A stretch of 64,000 nucleotides of DNA from Minisyncoccota bacterium (GCA_035509435.1 DATJLR010000002.1:330338-394337), one strand, 5' to 3'. Counted from the stretch's first letter, positions 27,755 through 38,374 are shown. The notes: generated by a model not told the origin, from the sequence alone. Made by a program: numbers and translations.

Positions 27755-28828
27755 TTATGAATGATATTCGAAGATCGGATCAAGTCGCAGCGACCGATGC
27801 GGGAGCGCGCCGCCTTTTCCTATGCGAAACATGACAATGATCGTCTCGCCATCCGTCCCGAACTCCTTTGAGAGCGTTCCGTACGCCTGTTCGATGCCGT
27901 GAACCTGATTTACGGAAAAATCCGCCGCTTCGTTGCCCGCGATCCGCTGATGAAAGAAGGAGATCGCGGTCAGCAACTGGATGTCGTATCCCCGGGCTGT
28001 GGCTGCCAGCCATGTCCGTTCCATGAGCCGGCCGCCTTCGATGAAATCACGCGGGGAATTTCCCTTTGTGACGACCGCCCCCAGCGCGGAGGAATGTTCA
28101 TAGAGGGCGGCATTCTCTTTTGCGGCCATGGCCGACAGGCCTATTGTGGCAAAAAATCTGCGCATGGATTCCTTCTTGAGGAGTTTGAAGGTGAATTCTT
28201 GAGGTGGTTTCAATGCCAGCTCTTTGACATAAAAGCCGCTTTTCGTGTTCAATGCGTCGTTCAATGTCCAATAGATATGCTTGAAGAGAAAATCATGTAC
28301 CGCCCGATTTTCAAACAGGAGCCGATCGCCGTAGCTTAGGGCGCCCGCGATCATCCGTTTTTTTTCCGCATCACTGACAAAGATCAGCCGCGCCGGGATG
28401 GCGGTTTCGGCCGCCGATCCGGCGATACCGCTTTTTTCCTCTTCCTCTAGAATGTGCCCCGCTGCGTACGCGGTCCGGTTGCTTGCGCGAAGAGATATGC
28501 TTTCATACAAGCCATCCTTTTTGATGCTCGCATCTTGCGCAAATTTGAGCGCTGCCGTGCAGTCCGTTTCCGCAGGGAGCGGAAATAGCGTTACATCGAC
28601 CCGATAGCCGAGCACAGAAGCGGCGATAATGACATTTTCGATCGCCGCGCCGTGGGACACGAAAGATCCGAATTGATTGAAATTGTACGGTGACCGATCC
28701 CGGTCGGGAAGGTTGTATATAAAGAGCGTTTCATTCTTAAAAACAAACCGCCACGGTTGGCAGTTCTCTCCGGAAGGAGCCCGAACAGCCGCACCGACCA
28801 TCAGATCAAGATCTTCCTTTCTCATCAT
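27755..28828 (-). CDS. nitroreductase-fold protein (Rv1355c/OxzB C-terminal or Acg-like)
   Basis: AAVRAPSGENCQPWRF, RASNR, GRLMERTWLAAT and FRIG motifs. Confidence 0.85.
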   Translation of the reverse strand: MMRKEDLDLMVGAAVRAPSGENCQPWRFVFKNETLFIYNLPDRDRSPYNFNQFGSFVSHGAAIENVIIAASVLGYRVDVTLFPLPAETDCTAALKFAQDASIKKDGLYESISLRASNRTAYAAGHILEEEEKSGIAGSAAETAIPARLIFVSDAEKKRMIAGALSYGDRLLFENRAVHDFLFKHIYWTLNDALNTKSGFYVKELALKPPQEFTFKLLKKESMRRFFATIGLSAMAAKENAALYEHSSALGAVVTKGNSPRDFIEGGRLMERTWLAATARGYDIQLLTAISFFHQRIAGNEAADFSVNQVHGIEQAYGTLSKEFGTDGETIIVMFRIGKGGALPHRSLRLDPIFEYHS

Positions 28829-28829
28829 T

Positions 28830-30017
28830 TTACAGGCCGAACATTTTTTTGAACGAATCGGCGATATTCTTTCGTTCCTGGACGGCCGCCGGCGAGTGAT
28901 AGTCCGGAATCAGCTGTTCGTCGAGTGAAACGAGCGCCCGGTCGCTTTCCAGGGGCTGGCCGTTGACGATCTTCCTGACACAATACGCCACGGCAGCGCC
29001 GTTGATCCATGCCGCGCCACCGAGCTGTGGCCAGGAGACGATCGTCTTCCCCATCTCAAGAAGGGACGCCTGCATGCGTGCCGTAATGTTCTCGGGGCCG
29101 ATATGTTTGGTGATCGTCTTCCCGATGCCAAACTTATCAAGCGACCGCAGCCCTTCATATGTCACATCCCCGAGCCGCCCGTGGAAGAACGCGAGATTCG
29201 GGTCCATGTCATATCGTTCCACATCGACCACCGCGTTATCGCCGTTATCCGCGGCCATGACGACCGGCAGCGAATATTTCCTGGCTTTTTCGCGGATGAG
29301 GTATTTGACGGCGATGGTATCAAGTTCATCGATGATCACATCCAACTTCTTCGATCCCGCCACGAACTGCTCAAGGTTTTCCGGCGTCAAGCCGTCGGGA
29401 AAAAGCTCGACGGTCGCGTAGGGATTGATCTCATATATCTGCCGCGCGGTCACCTCGACCTTGCGCACTCCCAGGTCCTGCACGCCCGCGCGAACCCGAT
29501 TGATGTTGGAAAGCGCCAGCCGGTCGAAGTCCGCAAGTTTGATATGCCTCCCTCCTCCCTGCAGAACGATCGCTAGGGCGACACTGTTGCCGACGCTCAA
29601 TCCACCGATCCCGATGACGGCATCATAGAATTTTTTTTGCTCATCGTCATTGATGAGGTTCCGGTTGCGGGCGGTGCGCACCTTTTGAAAATCCGCATCC
29701 TCAAGAATGTGCACGAGCGATGAAAGCCACGGATAAAAGACCCATCTGCCCTGCTGCCACAGCGGCGCCACTGCACGTGATCCGTCGATATGTTTTGCCA
29801 GCGCATCGGCGAACCCCGGCTGATATACCTGCGACGGGTTATTGACGGCAAAGAGCTCGCGGATCTGCTCTTCGTAGTCGTCCCCTACCGTGCTGATCCG
29901 GCCGTTTTGAAAAAGCGCCCCGACCGTTTCACGATCTGCCTGCTGTCCAAGGTCAAAAATAGCCGGCTCTGACGGTACCTCGCCCCCTTTCAATTTTTCC
30001 TCCAATGGAGATCCCAT
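28830..30017 (-). CDS. ThiF-family adenylyltransferase, Rv1355c/MoeY-type
   Basis: WVFYPW...RTARNRNLI, GGLSVG, LADFDRLALSNINR, DVERYD and SWPQLG motifs. Confidence 0.88.
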   Translation of the reverse strand: MGSPLEEKLKGGEVPSEPAIFDLGQQADRETVGALFQNGRISTVGDDYEEQIRELFAVNNPSQVYQPGFADALAKHIDGSRAVAPLWQQGRWVFYPWLSSLVHILEDADFQKVRTARNRNLINDDEQKKFYDAVIGIGGLSVGNSVALAIVLQGGGRHIKLADFDRLALSNINRVRAGVQDLGVRKVEVTARQIYEINPYATVELFPDGLTPENLEQFVAGSKKLDVIIDELDTIAVKYLIREKARKYSLPVVMAADNGDNAVVDVERYDMDPNLAFFHGRLGDVTYEGLRSLDKFGIGKTITKHIGPENITARMQASLLEMGKTIVSWPQLGGAAWINGAAVAYCVRKIVNGQPLESDRALVSLDEQLIPDYHSPAAVQERKNIADSFKKMFGL

Positions 30018-30022
30018 GCAAT

Positions 30023-31516
30023 TTATTTTTTTACGACCCACTTTTGCTTTATTCCCGGCTTGAAATAGACCGGATGCTCATATTCCCAAAAGACGATGCG
30101 CGGAGTGACCTTTCGCGGCATGGAATTATAATTGTTGTGGTATTCGGCATTGTGCTCCATAAGCGAACGCACAATGCTGCTTGATACCTGCCGTTTTAGC
30201 GTTGCGGTCTGCCTGACCCGCGGCCGCGTTTCGACGTTCACTTCAAGGTATTCGTCGTGGGAATCATCGAATTTCGTGGCCATGGTGAACCGCCCCGTGA
30301 CCGACCGCTGCAGTGAACGATGCTCCAATCCTTCTTTGATATGTTCGGGATAAATGATCGCGCCGTACAACTTGGTCGAAAAATCGCTCCTTTCAAAGAT
30401 ATAGACGAACGGAAGGTCGGAAAAGTCGGCTTTTATGGCACGCTCCTCTTTTTTTATGTCGATCGCATGGAGCGCAAGCGTCCTTCTTACCTGGTCGGCC
30501 GAAAAAACGCCGCCGTGGTCGCCGATCGCATATCGTATGAGCGGAATGGTGTTATCGCCGGTCAGGGCTATTTCTCCGTTGACTGCTTCGAAATTGATGA
30601 AGAGCGGGTTATATTGAGCAAGGGTCGGTGTCATTTCGATCTCCGAAAAAAGATCACTGAACAAGCGCGTGTCCGCGCTGGCGCGCTGGCGCGTAAAGAT
30701 GCTGAAAGGGCTTTCAAAGGCCATTGCCCCAAGGTCGGCGCTTCCATAGATGTTGAGTGTGTCGCGGCACAGGTCTTTTATTCCCGCCAATTCAGCCACA
30801 TGCCTCCGGAATGTCTCTGTAAACGCTTCCGCCGCAAAAAATAGCCTGAGATTCATTTTTTTTATATTGATACCGCGCGCAGCCGCCTCTTCGAGGACAT
30901 CCTTCACGAACGGAGGATATCCGATGAGAATGGTCTGTTTGAAGTGCGGCGCGAGCGATGTAAACGCGTTGAAGATCTCCTGCTTGTTGATGCCCGGCGT
31001 AAGTATTGAAATATGCTGTCCGAGCCGCTTGCCCGCGATCTCGAACGCCTTGTAAGTGATCAGTCCGCCGATCCAGACGCCCATGCCAAAACCGACGATC
31101 ACAAGAGTCGGACCGTCCCCGTAACTGCTATTTTGTAAGAACGTTTCCGCGATAACGGAATACTGCGCGTCGAGCGTTTCGGTACGGGGGAAATAAAACG
31201 GTTCCCCGGTGGAACCGGATGTGGATGTCCATACTGTCGCGCCGCTTTTGAACGTCCCGTTCCACAACAATCTTTCGAGCGGGTACTGGCGCAGGTAGTT
31301 CTTTTTATTGGTCAGCGGCACCTTTTGGAGGTTCGCGAAGGTCTTTATCGCCCCCGGCACGATACGGTTTTTTTTAAGGAAATCCTTGTATGCGGGTATC
31401 CCGCGCGCGGCGCGATGAAACAGCGCCAGCGTGCGGCGCTCCTGCTCTTTTTTCCAAAAAGCGGACCGTTTTATTTTAAGTATGTTCAATATCCGTCCGG
31501 CCTCTTTGTCATCCAT
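30023..31516 (-). CDS. phenylacetate-CoA ligase-like (PaaK family) adenylate-forming enzyme
   Basis: TSTSGSTGEP P loop, NIYGSADLG and LIRYAIGD motifs. Confidence 0.88.
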   Translation of the reverse strand: MDDKEAGRILNILKIKRSAFWKKEQERRTLALFHRAARGIPAYKDFLKKNRIVPGAIKTFANLQKVPLTNKKNYLRQYPLERLLWNGTFKSGATVWTSTSGSTGEPFYFPRTETLDAQYSVIAETFLQNSSYGDGPTLVIVGFGMGVWIGGLITYKAFEIAGKRLGQHISILTPGINKQEIFNAFTSLAPHFKQTILIGYPPFVKDVLEEAAARGINIKKMNLRLFFAAEAFTETFRRHVAELAGIKDLCRDTLNIYGSADLGAMAFESPFSIFTRQRASADTRLFSDLFSEIEMTPTLAQYNPLFINFEAVNGEIALTGDNTIPLIRYAIGDHGGVFSADQVRRTLALHAIDIKKEERAIKADFSDLPFVYIFERSDFSTKLYGAIIYPEHIKEGLEHRSLQRSVTGRFTMATKFDDSHDEYLEVNVETRPRVRQTATLKRQVSSSIVRSLMEHNAEYHNNYNSMPRKVTPRIVFWEYEHPVYFKPGIKQKWVVKK

Positions 31517-31532
31517 AATAGAAGTATATCAT

Positions 31533-32432
31533 TTAGCGTCGTACGGATGTGAGCCAGGAACGATAGCGACGCGCCGCTCCGTGCGTTGCCGACGCATAGG
31601 CTTCCTTGAGAGCGCCCGTGACCGGTCCCGTCCCGCCGGTTCCGATCCGGCGGCGTTCAATCTTCCCTATCGATGCCACCTCTACCGCAGTGCCGGAAAA
31701 GAACGCCTCGTCCGCGGCCATCAATTCTTTGACCGTGATGGGTTTCTGAACCGTCCGGATACCCATATCTTTTGCGATGGTCATAATGCTTTCCCGGGTG
31801 ATCCCCGGAAGGATAGAGGCGGAATCCGGAGTATATAAAATTTTATGTTTTATTAAAAAGATATTTTCCCCGGGACCTTCGGAAACATACCCCTTGGTGT
31901 CCAGGAGGACGCATTCATCGAATCCGCGCCGATGCGCTTCGATCGATGCGAGCACCGATGTGGCATAAAATCCGGATATTTTCGCCCCGGGGACGATGGA
32001 TCGCGGATCGAACCGCGCATAGTTTGAGATCCCGATGGAAAGCGGCGAATCTCCTCCAAGATATGCCCCCCAGGGCCATGCCGCGATGGCAACATGCAAC
32101 ACCGCATTTTTTACGGTAAGCCCCATTGATCCTTCTCCAAAAAATGCGATGGGGCGGATGTAGCACTCGCGCAGTTTATTTTTCAGAACCGCCTCCCGGA
32201 TCGCGTCTTTGATCTCTTTTTTCGTATACGGAAGCGCTACCCCGAATGCGCTAATGGACCGAAAGAACCGGTCGACATGTTCCGGCAGCCGGAAAACAGC
32301 GGATCCATTCGCGGTTTGATATGCGCGGATCCCTTCGAACACGCCGGTGCCGTAATGAAGCGCATGGCTTAAAATATTAGCAGTGGCCTTGCGCGAAGGC
32401 ACGAACTTTCCATCAAGCCAGATGACGCTCAT
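31533..32432 (-). CDS. ilvE: branched-chain amino acid aminotransferase (class IV PLP)
   Basis: LHYGTGVFEGIRAY, AKISGFY, EGPGENIF, LPGITR and GTAVEV motifs. Confidence 0.92.
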   Translation of the reverse strand: MSVIWLDGKFVPSRKATANILSHALHYGTGVFEGIRAYQTANGSAVFRLPEHVDRFFRSISAFGVALPYTKKEIKDAIREAVLKNKLRECYIRPIAFFGEGSMGLTVKNAVLHVAIAAWPWGAYLGGDSPLSIGISNYARFDPRSIVPGAKISGFYATSVLASIEAHRRGFDECVLLDTKGYVSEGPGENIFLIKHKILYTPDSASILPGITRESIMTIAKDMGIRTVQKPITVKELMAADEAFFSGTAVEVASIGKIERRRIGTGGTGPVTGALKEAYASATHGAARRYRSWLTSVRR

Positions 32433-32441
32433 TGCGGTGAT

Positions 32442-32834
32442 CTATAATAACGCCTTCACTTTTTTATCCAATTTTTCCACATCATCCATCTTGCTGAATA
32501 CCGGGATCCCTTTCAGCTCTTCTTTCAGGTGTGCCCGGTCAGATCGCGCAATCTCCATCATGGGATCACGCAGGCTGCTAAAAAATGCGAACTTCACGTT
32601 CTGTAATTTTGGGTTCCGCTTCACGGCAAGCGCGAGCTCCCAACCGCTCGGTCCGGGTGGCATGAAAATATCGCTCAAAATAAGGTCCGGCTGCAGCTCC
32701 TCTGCCTTTGCAAGTGCTTCCGGAACGGTGTGCGCGATGACCGTCTCGCACCCTTCCGTCCGAAGCTTTACCGACGCGATCTCAAGAAATTCGTCCTCGT
32801 CATCGATAAGAAGGATTAATGGATGATCTCTCAT
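32442..32834 (-). CDS. single-domain response regulator (receiver only)
   Basis: LIDDEDE, PDLILSDIFMP, FSS and SK motifs. Confidence 0.9.
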   Translation of the reverse strand: MRDHPLILLIDDEDEFLEIASVKLRTEGCETVIAHTVPEALAKAEELQPDLILSDIFMPPGPSGWELALAVKRNPKLQNVKFAFFSSLRDPMMEIARSDRAHLKEELKGIPVFSKMDDVEKLDKKVKALL

Positions 32835-32890
32835 GGGTATGCATTAATCATACACTATCCCCGTATCGGCCACAGCTCCGCTGTGGATTC

Positions 32891-34699
32891 TTATCCGTTC
32901 CGCGCCTTCTTGCGATCGTTGTCGTTCAGATACTTTTTTCGGATGCGCACGTTTTGCGGCGTGATCTCAACGAGCTCGTCGTCGCTTATATAGTCGAGCG
33001 CGTCCTCAAGCCCCATGATCACCGGAACCTCAAGCTGGTCGGCCAGGCCTTCGTTTTTTGCGCGGAAATTGGTAAGCTCTTTTTCGCGTGCCACGTGGAC
33101 CAGGATATCGCCTTCTTTGGCGTTTTCCCCGACGACCATGCCTTCATAGACCGCGACGCCGGCGCTGATAAAGAGCGTTCCCCTGCCCTGTGCCGTCACG
33201 AGGCCGTAGTTGTTGGACATTCCATTCTGCGTCGCCACGATCGAACCATGCGGGATCGCGGTAATATCGCCTTTGTACGGCTCATAGCCAAGGAAGATCG
33301 TGTTCATGATCCCCGTCCCTTTCGTGGAGGTCAAAAACTTATTGCGGATGCCGATCAGGCCCCGGGTCGGGACGTCAAAGTCCATGAATGCGTTGCCTTT
33401 ATCGTCCACGCGCATGTTCTTCATGACGCCAAGCCGTTTGCCGAACATTTCGATCACTGTGCCGGAATACATTTCTGGAACCTCGATCGAAACAAGCTCG
33501 ATCGGTTCGGTGCGCGTGCCACCCTCTTCTTTAAAAATGACCTGCGGCTTTGAGACCTCGAGTTCAAACCCTTCGCGACGCATTTTTTCTATAAGGATGG
33601 CCAAGTGAAGCTCGCCGCGTCCGGCCACCACCCAGCGGTCGCTTGCCTCTGTCGGCGTTACCGCAAGGGCAACATCGGTCTCTAATTCTTTCTCCAGGCG
33701 ATCCTTGAGATTGCGCGAGGTCGTGAATTTTCCCTCCTTGCCGCGGAACGGCGAGGTGTTCACGGAGAACGTCATTTTGATGGTCGGCTCGTCGATATGG
33801 ATCGTGGGGAGCGCGACCGGATGGTCCGGATCCGTGATCGTTTCGCCGATAGAGACATCCGGAATTCCTGCAATGGCAACGATGTCCCCTGCCTCGGCCG
33901 CTTCCACTTCGGCTTTGCCAAGTCCGTCGAACAGCATCACCGACGTGAGCTGCGCCTTCTTTACCTCTCCTGAGCGATTGATGTGCGCGACATTCATGTT
34001 TTTGCGCAGCGTGCCGGAATACAGGCGCCCGATGGCGATCTTGCCTTTGTAATTGTCGTAGGCGAGGTTGACGGTCAACATCTGAAGCGTTTCGATCTCC
34101 CCTTTCTGCGGCGGGGGAAGATGTTTGATGATGGTTTCAAACACCGGAATGATGTCCGTCATCTTGGAAAGGTCATTTTCCATTCCGGCCTTGCCTTCGC
34201 GCGCGGCGGCATAGATGATCGGGAAATCGATCTGTTCCTCCGTCGCGTCGAGTTCGAAGAACAGGTCATAGGTTGCGTTCAGCGCCCATTCGGCGCGCGC
34301 GTCCGGCTTGTCGATCTTATTGATCACAACGACCACTTTATGGCCGGCCTGGATCGCTTTGCGCAAGACGAACTTTGTCTGCGGCATCGGGCCTTCTTTG
34401 GCATCCACAAGCAGCAGCACGCCATCCACCATGCGCATGATGCGCTCCACCTCGCCGCCGAAATCCGCGTGGCCAGGAGTATCTACGATGTTGATCTTCG
34501 TATCTTTATAGAGCACCGATGCGTTCTTGGAAAAGATCGTGATACCGCGCTCTCTTTCAAGTTCATTGGAATCCATGATGAGGTCGCCGTTCTCGGCGGT
34601 CTTTTGCTTGAAACTCGCGGACTGCTTCAATAAAGCATCGACGAGGGTCGTCTTGCCGTGGTCAACGTGAGCGATGATGGCGATATTGCGGAGGTCCAT
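32891..34699 (-). CDS. typA: translational GTPase TypA/BipA
   Basis: [32 protein letters not shown] and GRGELHL motifs. Confidence 0.97.
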   Translation of the reverse strand: MDLRNIAIIAHVDHGKTTLVDALLKQSASFKQKTAENGDLIMDSNELERERGITIFSKNASVLYKDTKINIVDTPGHADFGGEVERIMRMVDGVLLLVDAKEGPMPQTKFVLRKAIQAGHKVVVVINKIDKPDARAEWALNATYDLFFELDATEEQIDFPIIYAAAREGKAGMENDLSKMTDIIPVFETIIKHLPPPQKGEIETLQMLTVNLAYDNYKGKIAIGRLYSGTLRKNMNVAHINRSGEVKKAQLTSVMLFDGLGKAEVEAAEAGDIVAIAGIPDVSIGETITDPDHPVALPTIHIDEPTIKMTFSVNTSPFRGKEGKFTTSRNLKDRLEKELETDVALAVTPTEASDRWVVAGRGELHLAILIEKMRREGFELEVSKPQVIFKEEGGTRTEPIELVSIEVPEMYSGTVIEMFGKRLGVMKNMRVDDKGNAFMDFDVPTRGLIGIRNKFLTSTKGTGIMNTIFLGYEPYKGDITAIPHGSIVATQNGMSNNYGLVTAQGRGTLFISAGVAVYEGMVVGENAKEGDILVHVAREKELTNFRAKNEGLADQLEVPVIMGLEDALDYISDDELVEITPQNVRIRKKYLNDNDRKKARNG

Positions 34700-34829
34700 G
34701 AATGGTATTAAACAAACAGAAGCCGTGCCCTATGGCACGGTATTCGGCCTGATGGGAAGATTATAATGGAAATTTAAGGAAGTTGCAACCAAACGTTCAA
34801 TTTGTGCTATTATAACTGTAATAGATCCC

Positions 34830-35303
34830 ATGGAGCCGCTCGCGATAGACAAGCTGGCGCCGGATTTCACCCTTCCTGACCAGGACGGCCGGGAGCAGAC
34901 GCTGTCAAATTATCGGGGGCAATGGGTGCTTCTCTATTTTTATCCCAAGGACGACACGGCGGGATGCACAAAAGAAGCGTGTTCCATCCGCGACTCGTTC
35001 CCGAAATTCCAGAGCTTGAACATAAAAGTGTTCGGCGTGAGCATCGATCCGCCGGAAAGCCACCGGGCATTCATCAAAAAATATAAACTGCCGTTCGCTC
35101 TCCTTTCTGACGAGCACAAAAAAGTGGTAACGCGCTATGGTGTGTGGGGTGAAAAAAAATTCATGGGGCGCGAACACGAGGGCGTCAATCGGACATCATT
35201 TCTGATCGATCCGACGGGCACAATCGAAAGGATCTACGTCGACGTGCGGCCGGAAAAACACGCGGAAGAGGTGCTGCGGGATCTCAAACGTTTGGAGGGG
35301 TAA
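34830..35303 (+). CDS. bcp: thioredoxin-dependent thiol peroxidase BCP
   Basis: YFYPKDDTAGCTKEAC. Confidence 0.93.
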   Translation: MEPLAIDKLAPDFTLPDQDGREQTLSNYRGQWVLLYFYPKDDTAGCTKEACSIRDSFPKFQSLNIKVFGVSIDPPESHRAFIKKYKLPFALLSDEHKKVVTRYGVWGEKKFMGREHEGVNRTSFLIDPTGTIERIYVDVRPEKHAEEVLRDLKRLEG

Positions 35304-35344
35304 AAAATACCGACCCTGCGTCATGGCAGGGTCGAAATTATTTG
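35304..35344. terminator. bidirectional terminator
   Basis: CGACCCTGC...GCAGGGTCG stem between convergent genes. Confidence 0.65.
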
Positions 35345-35346
35345 CT

Positions 35347-35892
35347 TTACCGCGAAGCGAGCAGCTTCGTGGCCTGAGAGATCTCAAGGATGATCGCTCC
35401 CTGTTTTGAATCTACCGTGTGCGGAGTTATGCCCTGCAGATAACGGGGAACATCGGCTTGAACGATCGCCAACAACTGGATCGTCGTCGACTGGGACAAG
35501 GCGGCAGATGGTTCCATCCCCGATCGGCACAGGACATCGCGTTTCCGGCATATCCCCTTCATCGCTTTCCAGATATTCCGAACGTGCTTACGGAATTTTT
35601 TCCGATCCTTTCTTTCCAAGGACGAAATACCTTCGCCTGCTTCCTTCCGTATCCTTCCAAATGCGCGGAATTCCTGGATGGCGGGATCGTTCTCGATCTG
35701 TTGGCGATATGCGAGGAACTCGCGAGCTCCCCAATTCGCCCCGGAAAGACAGATCATCACATTCCCTTCTGCATTGATCGCATCTTTGCAGGGGTGTTCG
35801 GGTTGTGAAGGTTGTTGGGCAAACGTTGCCCCGGCGGTCAGGAACAAAACGCACGACAGGGTGCGGCGAACGATGTTTGGGCTGAAAAACAT
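35347..35892 (-). CDS. hypothetical secreted protein
   Basis: signal peptide ending ATFA|QQ; SD GGGAGA. Confidence 0.6.
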   Translation of the reverse strand: MFFSPNIVRRTLSCVLFLTAGATFAQQPSQPEHPCKDAINAEGNVMICLSGANWGAREFLAYRQQIENDPAIQEFRAFGRIRKEAGEGISSLERKDRKKFRKHVRNIWKAMKGICRKRDVLCRSGMEPSAALSQSTTIQLLAIVQADVPRYLQGITPHTVDSKQGAIILEISQATKLLASR

Positions 35893-36093
35893 AATTCGTC
35901 TCCCGGGATCCGGAGTGTGAAACGCAGTTCTGCCTCCAGCGTATCATACCCTCGGCAACTTGCAAATATTTCGGGGTTATGGTTTATAATACAACCAGAA
36001 ACTTAAAAGATCCCTCTGCTCTTTGACAGCCTTATATTTATCCAAAAGGCCGTCATTATTGCACTAAAATCGATTAAATTAACTAAATTACCT

Positions 36094-37053
36094 ATGAAAC
36101 GATTACTGTATTTAGCAGTATTGGTAGTGGCAATAGGGAGCATTGGAGGGCATATGGGCGTGGCACACGCCCAAACCGCGACGATGACCCCGGCGGAGAC
36201 CGCCGCGCTTCAGCAACAGCTGGATGTCGCGAAGGCAACGCTCGCAAACCTTGAAATGCAGGCAGGTGCTGTTCCGCCGGCTGACGCGGGAACACCGAGC
36301 GTGATCCCTCCGTCGATCGCGGGAACGGGCGGCTCGTCCTCGGTCGCAACGACCGCGCCGGGCACATCCGCAACGGCATCCGCAGGACTTTCCTCAAGCC
36401 AGGTCAGTGAGTTCAGCCAGACGTTGAGCACTCTCGCGGCGACGCTTTCCCAGTTGAACACGTCGCTCGCATCGAACTCCACGCTTACCCCGTCACAGGA
36501 CGCGGCAGTGCAGACCACATTGAACGGCATGCAGGGAACGCTCGTCGCAATGGCAAATACGATTGCCACAGCGAATACGGGCTCTGCGGGCAGCGCATCA
36601 GCGGGAGCACCGGTAGCAGCCACACAGCCGACAACCGGATCGCCGGTTGCGGTAAATACCGCTCCGACGACCGCGCCAGGCACGGGTGCGACAGCGCCCA
36701 CCACGGCAACGACGCCAACCGTGGCCGCAGAGACCACGCCGACGTCACAGTCAGTGCCCCAGACCGCACAGGTATCATCCTTGTGGTCGTTCACGAAAGC
36801 GCACTGGCCGACGATCGTGATCATTCTGCTCGTCATCGCGATACTCGCGATCCTGTTCTGGCCGGAAAAAGAAGCAGTGAGGACCGTCTCTACGGGGACA
36901 TCGGGATCGGGAACGCCAAAATCGGCTCCGACCTCGACGGTAACAATGTCCCATCAGACCAACTCCGCTCCTTCCAAACCGGCGCAAAGCACGAGCGTTT
37001 CCTCGCCGGCAACTCCGGTGGCAAACGCAGTGGCAGCTCCATCACAAAAATAG
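36094..37053 (+). CDS. Ala/Thr/Ser-rich surface protein with signal peptide and a late TM helix
   Basis: AHA|Q cleavage site, low-complexity linkers, WPTIVIILLVIAILAILFW. Confidence 0.8.
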   Translation: MKRLLYLAVLVVAIGSIGGHMGVAHAQTATMTPAETAALQQQLDVAKATLANLEMQAGAVPPADAGTPSVIPPSIAGTGGSSSVATTAPGTSATASAGLSSSQVSEFSQTLSTLAATLSQLNTSLASNSTLTPSQDAAVQTTLNGMQGTLVAMANTIATANTGSAGSASAGAPVAATQPTTGSPVAVNTAPTTAPGTGATAPTTATTPTVAAETTPTSQSVPQTAQVSSLWSFTKAHWPTIVIILLVIAILAILFWPEKEAVRTVSTGTSGSGTPKSAPTSTVTMSHQTNSAPSKPAQSTSVSSPATPVANAVAAPSQK

Positions 37054-37070
37054 TGGATCCATCTGGATCA

Positions 37071-37100
37071 GAAAAGACCGTCCGAAAGGGCGGTTTTTTC
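37071..37100. terminator. bidirectional terminator
   Basis: AAAAGACCGTCC-GAAA-GGGCGGTTTTTT. Confidence 0.75.
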
Positions 37101-37101
37101 G

Positions 37102-37260
37102 TTACATGCCCGCGCACTTTTCAATGATGATCGGCGCATGATCGAATTGCCGGTTTGCGGTATAGCCAAGCGCGAAGCTGAGCGATGCCGCAAAGAACAG
37201 GATCGCACCGAATATAACTTCCCTCACATGGAGCGCAATATACTTTTTTATTTTTTTCAT
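37102..37260 (-). CDS. 52-aa single-TM protein (below the ORF-track cutoff)
   Basis: MKKIKKYIALHVREVIFGAILFFAASLSFALGYTANRQFDHAPIIIEKCAGM*. Confidence 0.65.
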   Translation of the reverse strand: MKKIKKYIALHVREVIFGAILFFAASLSFALGYTANRQFDHAPIIIEKCAGM

Positions 37261-37309
37261 CAAACCACCCTACCACACCGCGATTAAAAGATCGTTAACC
37301 TGTTAAGCG

Positions 37310-38029
37310 TTAAAATTGCAGATATTGCTCCCATTTTGTGTACAGGTCCCTCGTGGCGCGAATGTCACGCACATTATATTTTGCGATGTCCAAAAACTTC
37401 TTCTTTTTGAAGAGAGGGCCCACATCATCACCGGTGACGCCGCTGGCCTTGGGACTTGGAATGCCGAACGCGCGCGACCACAGGTGCAGGCTCCCCTTCC
37501 GCCGCGTGGCGCCATAGAACGAAAGCTGTTCGGCGAGATCAATATGAAGCGCCTCCGGATTGTTTTGGTAGAGATAGCGGCCGCGCATCAGATCCTTCGT
37601 GGGCCTGATGCCGTGCACGGCAGAACGGATCATGATGAACGGCATATCGAACGCGCGGCCGTTAAATGTGATGAATACTTGATACCGTTCCGCGAGCTCC
37701 CAAAACTTTGCGAGCATTTCCTTCTCGGTCATCTGCTTGAAACTGATGCCGTCCTCTTTCACTTCCCCATTCTTCTGTCCGGGGGCCTGATAGTACACCG
37801 CGCCCTCGTTCTTATGATAATCAAGCAAACCGATCGCGACGACCTCGCCGGTGAGCGGCGAGAAGCCGAGGCCGTTTTTGAGGTCCTCAAGCGCGAGCTT
37901 GTATTCCTCCTCGCTCCCCGATTCCCGCTTGATCCACCGAGTGATGTTTTCCTGCGTGGCTTTATCGAGAGCGTCGAAATCCTCGCCGATGGTCTCTATG
38001 TCGATGACGAGCTTGTTGGTTGTTGACAT
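37310..38029 (-). CDS. RNase H-like DEDD 3'-5' exonuclease domain protein
   Basis: DIET, TFNGRAFDMPF and YNVRD exonuclease motifs I-III. Confidence 0.85.
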   Translation of the reverse strand: MSTTNKLVIDIETIGEDFDALDKATQENITRWIKRESGSEEEYKLALEDLKNGLGFSPLTGEVVAIGLLDYHKNEGAVYYQAPGQKNGEVKEDGISFKQMTEKEMLAKFWELAERYQVFITFNGRAFDMPFIMIRSAVHGIRPTKDLMRGRYLYQNNPEALHIDLAEQLSFYGATRRKGSLHLWSRAFGIPSPKASGVTGDDVGPLFKKKKFLDIAKYNVRDIRATRDLYTKWEQYLQF

Positions 38030-38095
38030 TACCTGCATTCTAGCATAAAATGGAATGACGTTTGAAACAGCATTTAACGCTTATTTAATCATTCT

Positions 38096-38374
38096 ATGGC
38101 ACATACCAAAGCTATCGGTTCAACCAAATTAGGGCGCGATTCCGTCGCAAAGCGGCTCGGGGTCAAGCTTCAGGACGGCCAGAAAGTGATGGTCGGCCAG
38201 ATCATCATCCGCCAGCGCGGTACCAAGTACACTCCGGGCGCGAATGTCATCCGCGCGGACGATGACACGCTCTTTGCCGGCAAGAACGGCACGGTCAAAT
38301 TCTCCACGAAAATGAAGGGGCACTTTGACGGCTCCCGCCGCAAAGCGACAGTGGTGCAAGTGGTTGCGGCATAA
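38096..38374 (+). CDS. rpmA: 50S ribosomal protein L27
   Basis: [15 protein letters not shown] and IIRQRGT motifs. Confidence 0.97.
   Translation: MAHTKAIGSTKLGRDSVAKRLGVKLQDGQKVMVGQIIIRQRGTKYTPGANVIRADDDTLFAGKNGTVKFSTKMKGHFDGSRRKATVVQVVAA

Noticed and set aside
28830-30017. ThiF protein as MoeB/ThiF for cofactor synthesis, a ubiquitin-like defence E1 or a microcin C MccB
   Set aside because: No MoaD/ThiS, E2/JAB or precursor peptide is nearby, and the motifs match the Rv1355c-type subgroup paired with a nitroreductase.
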